From a virus (taxonomy: Duplodnaviria > Caudoviricetes), in the IMG/VR virus record IMGVR_UViG_3300037313_001148, positions 1 to 64,000 of that record: a DNA stretch of 64,000 bases; one strand, given 5' to 3'. Of this stretch, positions 36,926-46,152 are shown one piece after another. Every line of letters starts with the position of its first letter. Positions within the stretch are counted from its first letter, which is position 1. Both the position numbers and the translations under genes were made by a program. The notes below the pieces were generated by a model. The model was not told the DNA's origin. It saw only the letters and a program-made list of their open reading frames with translations, and made no database searches.

Positions 36926-37426
36926 ATGTCGTCCCACCGTCCGATCATCTTGGGGCTGGACGGCCAGCCTCTTTTCAAGTCCTTCGCCCAAGTCTCGGCC
37001 GCAAAGAATCCGGACGGATCGGTGACGATCCCACGTCCCAAGCTTCCACAAATCCAGAAGAAAGTCATGGAAGACTTCTTCACTTTTATGAAGGAAGGCG
37101 CGACTTCGCCTCGCGATCAAGAAGAGAGGTTGACCAGTGACAATCCTCTCCTGTTCTTCCTTCGCGATCAGATTTTCGAGGGAATTAATCAGGCTTCACG
37201 GATGCGCCAGGCAGCAGGCAAGACGCCAGATATTCCACGAGGACAAGCGATGTTGATGGTATGGGAGGCGATGCTAGCCACCTACACGGTCCTTGACCTT
37301 CAGCTTTCCTTTGACGCTTACACATTAACACAACAGGAGATGAACAAAAATGCCTTACAAGATCAAGAGGCTGGGGAACGGGAAGTTCAAGGTGATAAAC
37401 AAGGAAACAGGCAAGGAATACTCTAA
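36926..37426 (+). CDS. hypothetical protein
   Basis: 166-aa ORF. Confidence 0.6.
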   Translation: MSSHRPIILGLDGQPLFKSFAQVSAAKNPDGSVTIPRPKLPQIQKKVMEDFFTFMKEGATSPRDQEERLTSDNPLLFFLRDQIFEGINQASRMRQAAGKTPDIPRGQAMLMVWEAMLATYTVLDLQLSFDAYTLTQQEMNKNALQDQEAGEREVQGDKQGNRQGIL

Positions 37427-37498
37427 GAAACCTCAGACTCTTGAGATGGCGAAGAAACAACTCGCGGCCCTGGAAATCCACGCACCAGATAAATAATC

Positions 37499-37882
37499 AT
37501 GAAAATCTTCATGTGTGCAAATTACGGGGAAAACTCCCATTTCCTCGATCTCATGATCTATACCCGGCTGGCCCGAACGGTGCCAGCCGGTTGCACGTCC
37601 CTGGAAGACGTTGGTCGCTCGCTCAATGGCGCCCAGTTAACGCTTCAGAACCGGGCGAAGCTGATGGGCGAAACAAAAAGAAATCCAAATCTCTCAATAT
37701 TAGTCGATTATAATGCATTATGCCTTCTCGCTTCCATTCCCGGAGTCGGACGGGACGGCCTCATTCTCGGATTCCCCGTCCATGACATCCGAGATCTTCC
37801 CGAGATGACTTCCAGCCACAACTTTCAGATGATCGCTGCCACTCTCTCGGAAGCCCTTGCCAAAAATCCCGCGACAAGCTAG
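37499..37882 (+). CDS. hypothetical protein
   Basis: 127-aa ORF. Confidence 0.5.
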   Translation: MKIFMCANYGENSHFLDLMIYTRLARTVPAGCTSLEDVGRSLNGAQLTLQNRAKLMGETKRNPNLSILVDYNALCLLASIPGVGRDGLILGFPVHDIRDLPEMTSSHNFQMIAATLSEALAKNPATS

Positions 37883-37935
37883 CCTTGAAGTTTAACCATT
37901 CAATCCTGAAAATACTTGAAAAAAGCACATAAAAC

Positions 37936-40900
37936 ATGGACGCGATCACATCAAGTGTTGTAGATACAAATTCGCTCCATGAACAGCCTCAATCGCGGGC
38001 CGTAGCCGAAAGCGCCTTACTTGCGGCGGCGCAAGCCCTGCGCAATATCGCCGAGAACAAGAATCAAGACCCTTACGGCCAAATCCTCTCCCAGCAAAAA
38101 GATTACTTGGTCCCACACCAATTCACTTACGCATCCGTTTGGAATTGGTATCAAAAATATTATTATAATTACTTCGACGAATCTTTAATTAACTCTCAAC
38201 AAAACTCTCTGGCCATGTGGAGGGATGGACTTACTTGTGAACTTCACTGGCATCGAACGCTGCCTACCATGTCCCTGCCGTCCACGGTCGAAGTAGACGA
38301 TGAGGACGATCAGGATCAGGTCAAGATCAAGAAACAAGCCCAGCAAATCATCGACAGACTTCCATATTTTCAAAATCTGAAACAACAACTCCTCCAGGCG
38401 ATTTTCTTCGGCAAGAGCGGGTCACAGTTCCTCTACCACCACAAGAAGATTGCCGGCAAGGATCGGTTTACCGTCCGGTCGCACATTCCCATCCAGGGCG
38501 ATAAAATCGTTTATGGGTGGTCCGAAGGGAATGACGAGATCCCCGGAGTCTTTGTATATCGCACGTCGCCGATGTTCAAAGATCCGGAGATGAAAAAACA
38601 TCTTCGATTTCTTGATAAAGGGCCGGCGTTCTTCCTGGAGAATCCGTATCACCGCGACCAGTTCATCATCCACAATTTCAACCCGACCGATTCTGATTAT
38701 TTATTTGAGTCTGAGAAAGCCCTGATGATCCACGGCCGGGGCATGCGTGATGCCCTGTACTGGACGTGGAACATGCGGGCCGAACTTCTCGGCTGGGATC
38801 TCAATGCCCTTCAGCGGGTCGGCGCGAATGGGATGTTGTATGCGTTCTTCCAATCAGGGGACGACGCCTCGAAAAATGCAGTTCTGGATGCATTGATGTC
38901 TCTAATTCAATATAACGTTGCCGCTTTTCCCAAGAATTTCGGCGACGGCTCCGGCGACATCATTCAGAGGATTGATCCGTCTCAAGTCGGCTACGACGTT
39001 CTCTATCAACTTATCACGCATCTAGAAGAGATCATGCGTAGGTGCTACCTGGGACAAAACCTCTCATCCCAGTCAGCACCGACCGGCCTCGGTAGCGGCG
39101 TGGCCGATCTTCAGGCTGGCACATTTCAGAACATCGTTCTGTTCGACGCCGGCTGTCTCTCTGAATGCATCGACGACCAGTTATTTCAGAATATTATCAA
39201 ATACAATCTATGGGAATACCACGGCAAGGTCTATCGAGGCTCGGACCTGCCATTCTCGATGCGGTACAAGATCCAAGTTGAGCGAGAGAATGTTAAAGAG
39301 TTGATTGATGCCGCCGCCACCCTGATTCAGATGGGCGTTCCGCTTGACGTTGAAGATCTTCGAGACAAGGCCGGCTTTGTGGCTCCGAAGACCAAGGCAA
39401 CCACGGTAGCCATGCCTGGAGGGCAGTCAGGCGGCGTGGATAATCAACACGTTCTCACGTCAGAACACAAATCGGCACCCGGAAGCGGCGGTCAATCTCA
39501 GTCGCGGCCCGACACTCCCCTTTCTCCGTCGTCCTCTTTGCCCGCGAAGCGGGCAACTCAACCTGAGCAATTTGCCGCCAACGAAACAACAGGCTATTAT
39601 AACTTCACTCCATCCGAGCGGATCGGCTACGAGTTGGCGAACATGGGCGGGGATCTCGCTCTTGGCGGCTGGTATCACTCTTCGACCCGGCGGGCCTGGG
39701 TGTCGATTTCGCCTCACACGCCGATCGACAAGATTCGCCAGCTTGGCAACGCGCTCGAGCAAATCGTCGGCCCTGACAAGTGGAAGATCGTCGTCGAAAC
39801 TCCGCCCTCCGGGCCTGGATGGCAAAAGGTTTCAACAGATGAATTTATCATCGAACCAGAATGGTTCTCAAAGGAGAACTGCGGGACTGGAGCGGGAGGA
39901 TTCCAGTCAGGGAACACCTGCGCGAAGACGAGAAGCAACGAAGAAAATCGCTCGAGACTAAAGGACTTCTCCGGATGGCTTTCTCCCGAAGGGAAGCTCC
40001 TGATTCACGCTGGTTCTCACGGAAAGACCCTTCGTGATTACGGGGTGAACGTTTCGCCAAACCGCGCGTTGAACGAGGGTTATACATGGATGAATCAAAG
40101 TGGGAGCACGCTCTACGTCGAAGTTCATCATTCCAGGGTCAGCAAGGTCAAATCTTCTCTTGAAGACCTGCTTAACGAAAACGTCAAATCTGTAATCATC
40201 GAAGTTTTCGGAGATTCTGGAAAGAAAACTAAAGAATTTAACTTCTCGTTTAAAAATGGATTCTTGCATGACGATCTGGAAAAGTTTGCCAAGGATCGCG
40301 GCGAGGATCCTGGAGTAATGATCGCCCTGACTCTTCATCCCGACCTTGCCCGCCAGCTTGCTCTGAAGGACGGCGAAGACCCCTCAGATTTCCACATCAC
40401 CCTAGCTTACCTAGGTCGCGTATCTTCGATCGGCCAAGAGGCGGTTGAGATGGTGCACAAAGTTTGCGAGCTTCTGGCATTAAATTCTGAGCCTCTACGC
40501 GGCTCCGTGGGGGGCGTTGGACGTTTTCCGGCCTCAGATTCGTCGGACGGCAAGGATGTCGTATACGCGGGCGTGGACGTTCCTCGATTGACCGATTTTC
40601 GGGCCGAACTGACCCATGTTCTCGGCCTGGCCAAAGTCCCCTACAAGGCCAACCACGGATTTACGCCTCACATCACGCTTAAATACATCGACAAACAAGA
40701 AGACATGCCAGTCTCCCGGATCGGCTCGTTCCCGGCTGAGTTCCTTTCCCTTGATCTTTACGTGGGGGACGAGGTTACTTCCTACTCTTTCTCGGAGTAT
40801 AGCGGTCCTGGCCGGGAGAATTTCGAGCCTAATCCTTGCGGGGATACGAAGGGCGGTTTTCAGCCTCACAACACCTGTGCTAAGAGTGGTGGCGATTCTC

Positions 40901-41496
40901 GCAAAAACCCCCCAAAGCTTGACCCTCAGCATCCGTCGTTCAACGAAGAAGACGAGTCTGTGTTCGCTTTGGAAGAAAAGTCCGAAGCGTGGTTTAACGA
41001 TCTCGGTAAAGATGAAAAACATGCAATAAGAGAATATATTCATTCAATGGATTATAAGGAGGTTGGCAAGAGGTTTCGATCCGGGGACACGACCAAAGAG
41101 GACATAGCTTTGGTCGATGCGATCAAATCGGCTCCGATCACAGACAAGATTGCGTGGCGTGGCCTGGACAGCGAATTCGGAGGAACCCGGAATGAACTAA
41201 AAGACAAGATGAGGAATTCCATTGGACAGGTTCTCGAGTGGAAAGCCCCGACTTCCGCCTCTCTGTCCGAAAGAATTGCCGGGACATTCGGTGACGTACT
41301 ATTTAAGATTGTAAGCAATAATGGAAGATATATAAACCAGGCAAGCCCGACATTATACAAAGAAGAGAAAGAGGTAATGTTCCTCCCCGGTTCCAAGTTT
41401 AAGGTGACTGACGTTAGAGAGGATGTAGTTTTTGACAATGATATGTTTGGTTCTAAAAATTTTGTTGTTTTACTGAAGGATGTTACCGATGAATGA
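37936..41496 (+). CDS. portal protein (DUF935-like) fused to a 2H phosphoesterase (Acb1-like) and an ADP-ribosyltransferase domain
   Basis: follows terL; N-terminal ~500 aa portal-like (LGQNLSS..GLGSG); two HITL motifs; WRG / TSAS / EEKEV ART triad. Confidence 0.82.
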   Translation: MDAITSSVVDTNSLHEQPQSRAVAESALLAAAQALRNIAENKNQDPYGQILSQQKDYLVPHQFTYASVWNWYQKYYYNYFDESLINSQQNSLAMWRDGLTCELHWHRTLPTMSLPSTVEVDDEDDQDQVKIKKQAQQIIDRLPYFQNLKQQLLQAIFFGKSGSQFLYHHKKIAGKDRFTVRSHIPIQGDKIVYGWSEGNDEIPGVFVYRTSPMFKDPEMKKHLRFLDKGPAFFLENPYHRDQFIIHNFNPTDSDYLFESEKALMIHGRGMRDALYWTWNMRAELLGWDLNALQRVGANGMLYAFFQSGDDASKNAVLDALMSLIQYNVAAFPKNFGDGSGDIIQRIDPSQVGYDVLYQLITHLEEIMRRCYLGQNLSSQSAPTGLGSGVADLQAGTFQNIVLFDAGCLSECIDDQLFQNIIKYNLWEYHGKVYRGSDLPFSMRYKIQVERENVKELIDAAATLIQMGVPLDVEDLRDKAGFVAPKTKATTVAMPGGQSGGVDNQHVLTSEHKSAPGSGGQSQSRPDTPLSPSSSLPAKRATQPEQFAANETTGYYNFTPSERIGYELANMGGDLALGGWYHSSTRRAWVSISPHTPIDKIRQLGNALEQIVGPDKWKIVVETPPSGPGWQKVSTDEFIIEPEWFSKENCGTGAGGFQSGNTCAKTRSNEENRSRLKDFSGWLSPEGKLLIHAGSHGKTLRDYGVNVSPNRALNEGYTWMNQSGSTLYVEVHHSRVSKVKSSLEDLLNENVKSVIIEVFGDSGKKTKEFNFSFKNGFLHDDLEKFAKDRGEDPGVMIALTLHPDLARQLALKDGEDPSDFHITLAYLGRVSSIGQEAVEMVHKVCELLALNSEPLRGSVGGVGRFPASDSSDGKDVVYAGVDVPRLTDFRAELTHVLGLAKVPYKANHGFTPHITLKYIDKQEDMPVSRIGSFPAEFLSLDLYVGDEVTSYSFSEYSGPGRENFEPNPCGDTKGGFQPHNTCAKSGGDSRKNPPKLDPQHPSFNEEDESVFALEEKSEAWFNDLGKDEKHAIREYIHSMDYKEVGKRFRSGDTTKEDIALVDAIKSAPITDKIAWRGLDSEFGGTRNELKDKMRNSIGQVLEWKAPTSASLSERIAGTFGDVLFKIVSNNGRYINQASPTLYKEEKEVMFLPGSKFKVTDVREDVVFDNDMFGSKNFVVLLKDVTDE
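39510..39556 (+). repeat. dispersed motif+GNA hairpin element, copy 6 (in frame in the portal linker)
   Basis: cgacactcccctttctccgtcgtcc + ttgcccgc-GAA-gcgggcaa (same hairpin as copy 1). Confidence 0.9.
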
Positions 41497-42256
41497 TAAC
41501 AGGCCTAGTGCCCGGCTGTTCTTTGGATCATGGGAAGAGTTTGGATTTGTCGGAACCGGGAAGGCTGACAGCGAGGGTCCGGAGAAATTCGAGCCTGATC
41601 CATGCGGAGACGCTTCAGGCGGATTCCAAAAAGGGAACACCTGTGCCAAGGGCGGCAATCCGTCTGGCAAGCCTGCAAAGTCTCCTGCCGGCTGGGGTGA
41701 CGTAGGCGGCGACGACGACCACGCCGAATCTCTCGCAAAGCGAATGAAAAATATCGACAAATTCTCACTAATCGCCGCCAAGAACGGCTTTTACTTCATG
41801 AAGAAGGGAAGCGGGTTCTACGAAGCCTACGACGCCGCACAGGGAACCGGCAAAGCGGCGACCGCCATTGCATCGTTCTACGCCAATAAAAATGCGATCA
41901 TATTTAATGAAAAGAATGAATTCTACTCCGATCCCAAGGGGTACATGGAGAGAATGGGAGATACCGGCTGGTTCAGTACGAACCATGAAGATCATGTCAT
42001 TGTTCACGAAATTGGACACGGCAAGCACTACAACACGGTTGGCGAGAAGCGATATCGCGAGATTAAGGCGTCGGTCATTCCCGACGACGTGCTTCCCCTG
42101 GTAAAATCGGAAGTGAGCCGTTATGCCGGCGGTAAACAGGGAAACCCGCTCGAGGTTGTGGCGGAAATGTACACGGCCATGAACCTGACCGGCAAGAAAT
42201 TCAGCAATACTCTCATGAATTACTATAAATCACTAGGTGGCCCTGAATCCGATTGA
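41480..42256 (+). CDS. zincin metallopeptidase-like effector
   Basis: CG..GGF..GNTC motif, VHEIGH, VSRYA..NPLEVVAE. Confidence 0.75.
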   Translation: MLPMNDNRPSARLFFGSWEEFGFVGTGKADSEGPEKFEPDPCGDASGGFQKGNTCAKGGNPSGKPAKSPAGWGDVGGDDDHAESLAKRMKNIDKFSLIAAKNGFYFMKKGSGFYEAYDAAQGTGKAATAIASFYANKNAIIFNEKNEFYSDPKGYMERMGDTGWFSTNHEDHVIVHEIGHGKHYNTVGEKRYREIKASVIPDDVLPLVKSEVSRYAGGKQGNPLEVVAEMYTAMNLTGKKFSNTLMNYYKSLGGPESD

Positions 42257-42280
42257 CGATCAATCCCAGGACATGAACCT

Positions 42281-42517
42281 ATGACAATCTTTCCTCAATG
42301 CATGGTTTGCCGGCACCTTGAAAAAGGCAAGCCAATGCATTGCAAAGCGTTCCCGCGAGAAATTCCTGACGAGATCGTTTTCAACGAATTCGATCACAGA
42401 AAGGAATTCCCTGGCGATCATGGGATTCAGTTTGAGCCGTTGCCTGGCAAACATTCTCCATTCGAGGAATCTTCTAATGAAAAACCTTCTCGCCCTTATT
42501 CTTCTGATCGTGGCTAG
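42281..42517 (+). CDS. small Cys/His protein, putative cognate immunity protein
   Basis: CMVC..CKAFP.EIP.EI..FDH..FPGD.GIQFE, directly after the effector. Confidence 0.65.
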   Translation: MTIFPQCMVCRHLEKGKPMHCKAFPREIPDEIVFNEFDHRKEFPGDHGIQFEPLPGKHSPFEESSNEKPSRPYSSDRG

Positions 42518-42677
42518 CGGCTGTTTCGTCGAAGAAACGAAGATCGAACCGCCCAAGCTTCCTGCACCTGACCAGCCGCGCCGGCGTTGCCCTGGGCCTC
42601 GCTGTCCCAAGGAACTCGGAAAGTGTCCAGTTCATGACGAAAAGGGAAACCTCCGGTCTTCCGGCGAAATCAGTTAA
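42477..42677 (+). CDS. small Pro-rich lipoprotein
   Basis: signal peptide with lipobox VASGC. Confidence 0.55.
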   Translation: MKNLLALILLIVASGCFVEETKIEPPKLPAPDQPRRRCPGPRCPKELGKCPVHDEKGNLRSSGEIS

Positions 42678-42681
42678 TCGC

Positions 42682-42963
42682 ATGTTAAAGACTTTAATCC
42701 TTCTATTGTTCCTCTCGGTTACGGGATGCACTCAGGATCAACCGGCCATTCCTCCGGTTGATCCTGTTCGCGTTCCCCATCCCTATTCATCGCCAAATCC
42801 CCGCCCTTTCCGTTGCCTCTGCGGTGATGGCTGGTGCACTGGAAACCCCTCTGTTTGGTGCCGGTGCCAGAATCGAATCTGTGTTTGCCCCGGATCTCAC
42901 TATCCCTCTCCCGCTCCGCGCCCATACCGTCCCTGTCCCTCTCCGCTTCCCCGACGAAAATAA
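42682..42963 (+). CDS. small Pro/Cys-rich lipoprotein
   Basis: signal peptide with lipobox VTGC. Confidence 0.55.
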   Translation: MLKTLILLLFLSVTGCTQDQPAIPPVDPVRVPHPYSSPNPRPFRCLCGDGWCTGNPSVWCRCQNRICVCPGSHYPSPAPRPYRPCPSPLPRRK

Positions 42964-45714
42964 TTGGGATATTTAAAAATGAAATTATCTCAACTCTTCA
43001 ACTATCTATCTACGGAACCCATTCAATGCAAGACGACGGCAAGCCGAAAGACCCAGAGAAGCCTCGAGACGTACTCCAGGGCGGCGAACAGCCCGACCCA
43101 TATCCGGACGATGAGGAGATCCTTGATCGCGTCTGGAAGCGGATTGCCGAATCCAGAAACGTTCGCCAACCAAAAGGATCCTGACAACTGCGGAACCGGC
43201 GCGGGCGGTTTCAAGCCCGGTAACACCTGCGCCAAAGGCAAAGGTTCCAAGCGGTCATTTGGTAAAACCCAACGCCCCTTCGGTGTCGCCCGCGATTACC
43301 AAAAAGAAGAAACATTCCTAAATAACACCAAACGTATCTTCGGTAAGCCGTTACCCGAAGAAGACGCAATGTCTCTGGCCGGCATCCTTGACGGGATGTC
43401 GGTCAGATTCAGTATGTATGACGAATATTCAGGTAAAAAGTTTCTCAAACACATCGAAGTTGAAGGAACTGATCTAGATACCCAGACATATACGCATCGA
43501 AAAATCGGTATCGATCATCGTGGTAAAAAATACATTTACAACGCAGTATTCGTTATCGATGACCCGAACGCGCGAGGCAAAGGAATCGGCATCGAAGTTC
43601 TCGGCCGGCAAATCGAGAACGCGATCGAGCAGGGTTTCGTCTACATGGAGACGGATGCCGCCCGGCTCGACCACGAAGATCCTAAACGTCAAATGATCGG
43701 TTACAAGGTATGGCCCAAATACGGATACGACGGAGAAATTCCCTGGGAAGAGATCGAAGACTGGAATCCTGACCTAGAAATCCCAGAAAAGTTCAGAGAC
43801 ATGAAAATGATCTCTGAACTTTATATGTCCAAGGAAGGCCGTGACTGGTGGGAGAAGTACGGAGGGACGGTCACTCTTCGATTCGACCTGACGGAAGGCA
43901 GTTTAAGCCGTCAAATCTGGGATGCGTACCTGGAAGAGCGTCAGAATCGGGCGCCCAAAGAGACAAGCCCCGCCATCTCCTCAGAAGAACGCCGCAAAGA
44001 CGAGGAAAAAGTTCTCCAGGCACGCGCCGATATGCTCATGTATAACATGAGAAGCCCAAACTTCCTGAAATCGATCCGCTCCGACCCTCGGACCCTCAAA
44101 TCAGTTGTCCGAGAATTCCAGACCGTAAGCCACCTGATCCCGGCTGACATTGCCGACGATATTGAAGACATCCTAGGTCTCAAGAATTACCCCGACTCCT
44201 ACTCTCGTAATCCTTGCGGCGACAGCGAAGGCGGATTCGAGAAGGGTAACACCTGCGCCGCCTCAAACTCCGGTGCGGCCGGAGGCCGCACGGTGACGAC
44301 GGAGGAAAGGGCAGTGCGGGAGGGCGAACATATTAAAAGACAAGCGGATCTAATTAGAAAACTCGCGCCCAATCTCGGGGTGGGCATGAAAGGTGGCAAG
44401 TTCTTTCAGGCGGTTTTCGATCGCGAAGCCGACGACGTGATTGCCGCCTTTTACCCCGAGAAACGGACGATCTTTTTCAATGATCTTCATCCGACATTTT
44501 GGAGTGATCCGGCCTCGGAGATGGCGCGGATTCACGACACGGGATTTCTCGGCTCGCCCGACCCCAACCACATCGTTTATCACGAAATCGGCCACGCCAA
44601 ACATTACGAGAGTGCCGGCCACGAATTCTACAACGAGATGCGGACAGAGCCGGTCGATCCAAAATATCGCGATATTATTAAAGAGCATGTATCACAATAC
44701 GCAACCATGAACCCCCTGGAATTTGTTGCGGAAGTTTACGCGGGCATGATTTCAGGCATCGATTACAATGAACGTGACCCGATGATTATGATTTACTACG
44801 ACATGCTTGACGGGCCTTCCGCCGAATTTCAAGATCAAGAATCATACATCAAAACATTCAATTTCCTTCTTGAACAATTCGCCAAGTCGGCCGACAATTG
44901 CGGTGACGGCGCCGGCGGATTTAAACCAGGCAATACCTGTCAGCGCGGCAATGGCCGATTCAAACCGCCGGCCGGATCGTCAAAATCAGCCGCCAACACC
45001 CCTCCTTCTCCGTCGTCCCATTCGCGGCCGAAGGCCGCGACTTCATCCAAGTCGATTACTAAACTGCTTTCCTCTCCTCACGTCAAATCTCAAGCCAAAA
45101 CTCTGGCGGGGGGAGCGGAACCTTCAATGCAGACCGAGCTTTCCTCTCGCGCGGTGACAGCCTTGAAGTTTTACAAGCCGGTAACAGGCGACAAGCGAAA
45201 ATCGGCCAACGAAAAAGAACAGGAAGTGGCCTCAGCCTTGGGTGGCGAATGGCTACCAAACCACGAGCCGGCTGACGCCTTGATTCCTGTGGGGAAGCGT
45301 AAGATCGGCCTCGAGATCAAGACGATGTTCGAGAACGAGAAGGGAGAGATCCGGATCGACGATGGCGCCATGAAGAACAAGGTCAACTGGGTTCGTCAAA
45401 AGATGTGTGATCGTTTTGACATGGTTGTCATCAATCATCAGACCGGAGAGATGTGGTATCGTCGTGGAATCGGCAATTTCTCAATCAATTCTATGTACAA
45501 AGTTAAAGACTATAACGAACTCAAGAAATTGATCGAAGCGAAGCCGAGTAGCCTTCCTGCATCCGCCCAGTACAAGGAAGATACCGAGTATCATCGCGCG
45601 TTGACTCACGGTCCCTCTTACGCCCGCCTTCTCGAGCGTGCCGCCGCCGCCGACGCTGCCAAAAAGGCTCGTCGGGACAAGTCTCGAGCTAAAGCTAAGG
45701 AAGCAATCGTATGA
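42964..45714 (+). CDS. multi-effector polyprotein: GNAT-like + zincin + PD-(D/E)xK nuclease-like
   Basis: ARGKGIG..GY.VWPKYGY; YHEIGH..SQYA..PLEFVAE; ADALI..GLEIKT; three CG..GGF..NTC motifs; start uncertain (possibly TTG 43123). Confidence 0.75.
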   Translation: MGYLKMKLSQLFNYLSTEPIQCKTTASRKTQRSLETYSRAANSPTHIRTMRRSLIASGSGLPNPETFANQKDPDNCGTGAGGFKPGNTCAKGKGSKRSFGKTQRPFGVARDYQKEETFLNNTKRIFGKPLPEEDAMSLAGILDGMSVRFSMYDEYSGKKFLKHIEVEGTDLDTQTYTHRKIGIDHRGKKYIYNAVFVIDDPNARGKGIGIEVLGRQIENAIEQGFVYMETDAARLDHEDPKRQMIGYKVWPKYGYDGEIPWEEIEDWNPDLEIPEKFRDMKMISELYMSKEGRDWWEKYGGTVTLRFDLTEGSLSRQIWDAYLEERQNRAPKETSPAISSEERRKDEEKVLQARADMLMYNMRSPNFLKSIRSDPRTLKSVVREFQTVSHLIPADIADDIEDILGLKNYPDSYSRNPCGDSEGGFEKGNTCAASNSGAAGGRTVTTEERAVREGEHIKRQADLIRKLAPNLGVGMKGGKFFQAVFDREADDVIAAFYPEKRTIFFNDLHPTFWSDPASEMARIHDTGFLGSPDPNHIVYHEIGHAKHYESAGHEFYNEMRTEPVDPKYRDIIKEHVSQYATMNPLEFVAEVYAGMISGIDYNERDPMIMIYYDMLDGPSAEFQDQESYIKTFNFLLEQFAKSADNCGDGAGGFKPGNTCQRGNGRFKPPAGSSKSAANTPPSPSSHSRPKAATSSKSITKLLSSPHVKSQAKTLAGGAEPSMQTELSSRAVTALKFYKPVTGDKRKSANEKEQEVASALGGEWLPNHEPADALIPVGKRKIGLEIKTMFENEKGEIRIDDGAMKNKVNWVRQKMCDRFDMVVINHQTGEMWYRRGIGNFSINSMYKVKDYNELKKLIEAKPSSLPASAQYKEDTEYHRALTHGPSYARLLERAAAADAAKKARRDKSRAKAKEAIV
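44273..44318 (-). repeat. inverted degenerate copy of the motif+hairpin element
   Basis: minus strand cactgccctttcctccgtcgtca next to the 8-bp hairpin gtgcggcc/ggccgcac. Confidence 0.5.
44994..45040 (+). repeat. dispersed motif+GNA hairpin element, copy 7 (in frame, NTPPSPSS)
   Basis: caacacccctccttctccgtcgtcc + tcgcggcc-GAA-ggccgcga. Confidence 0.88.
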
Positions 45715-46022
45715 GCACAAATATTGTATTTGATAATCACTACAACGTGGCTGTTGCTTCGTCAGGCGGCTGGATGGATTTCACGGATTGGATTAGTTCG
45801 CTGCCTGTCCATGAATTTCCCAATCTTTGTCACTTAATCAAGTATGGATGGACCGGAAACCTCCGTTCGCTCGCGACAGAGATTGACCACGCTCTCCGCA
45901 ATTATCCTCCGAGGAAGATTGGAGTACGATCGACAACTCAGGGAATTCTCCAACAGATCAAATCTCAAGAACATAAAGCTCAACTAGTAATGGTCGGAGG
46001 GGGAATTGTTCCTCCGCGTTGA
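45711..46022 (+). CDS. putative immunity protein
   Basis: 4-nt overlap directly after the nuclease-like C-terminus. Confidence 0.5.
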   Translation: MSTNIVFDNHYNVAVASSGGWMDFTDWISSLPVHEFPNLCHLIKYGWTGNLRSLATEIDHALRNYPPRKIGVRSTTQGILQQIKSQEHKAQLVMVGGGIVPPR

Positions 46023-46043
46023 GAAAAATTTTTCCGATCGGCA

Positions 46044-46072
46044 TTGACATTGCAACCCTGCTAACGTTAACT
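46044..46072 (+). promoter_or_regulatory. sigma70-type promoter of the capsid operon
   Basis: TTGACA-17 nt-TTAACT. Confidence 0.5.
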
Positions 46073-46152
46073 TGAAATTGTCCGTGGAAGATGCTCAATT
46101 AAAGCTAAGTCTGAATTGATCCTGAAAAAACATTTAAAAGTTCATAAATAAG

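Noticed and set aside
43719-43742. Further inverted copy of the repeat motif (tttctccgtcgt on the minus strand)
   Set aside because: Only 12 nt match, with no upstream ACAC box and no adjacent hairpin.
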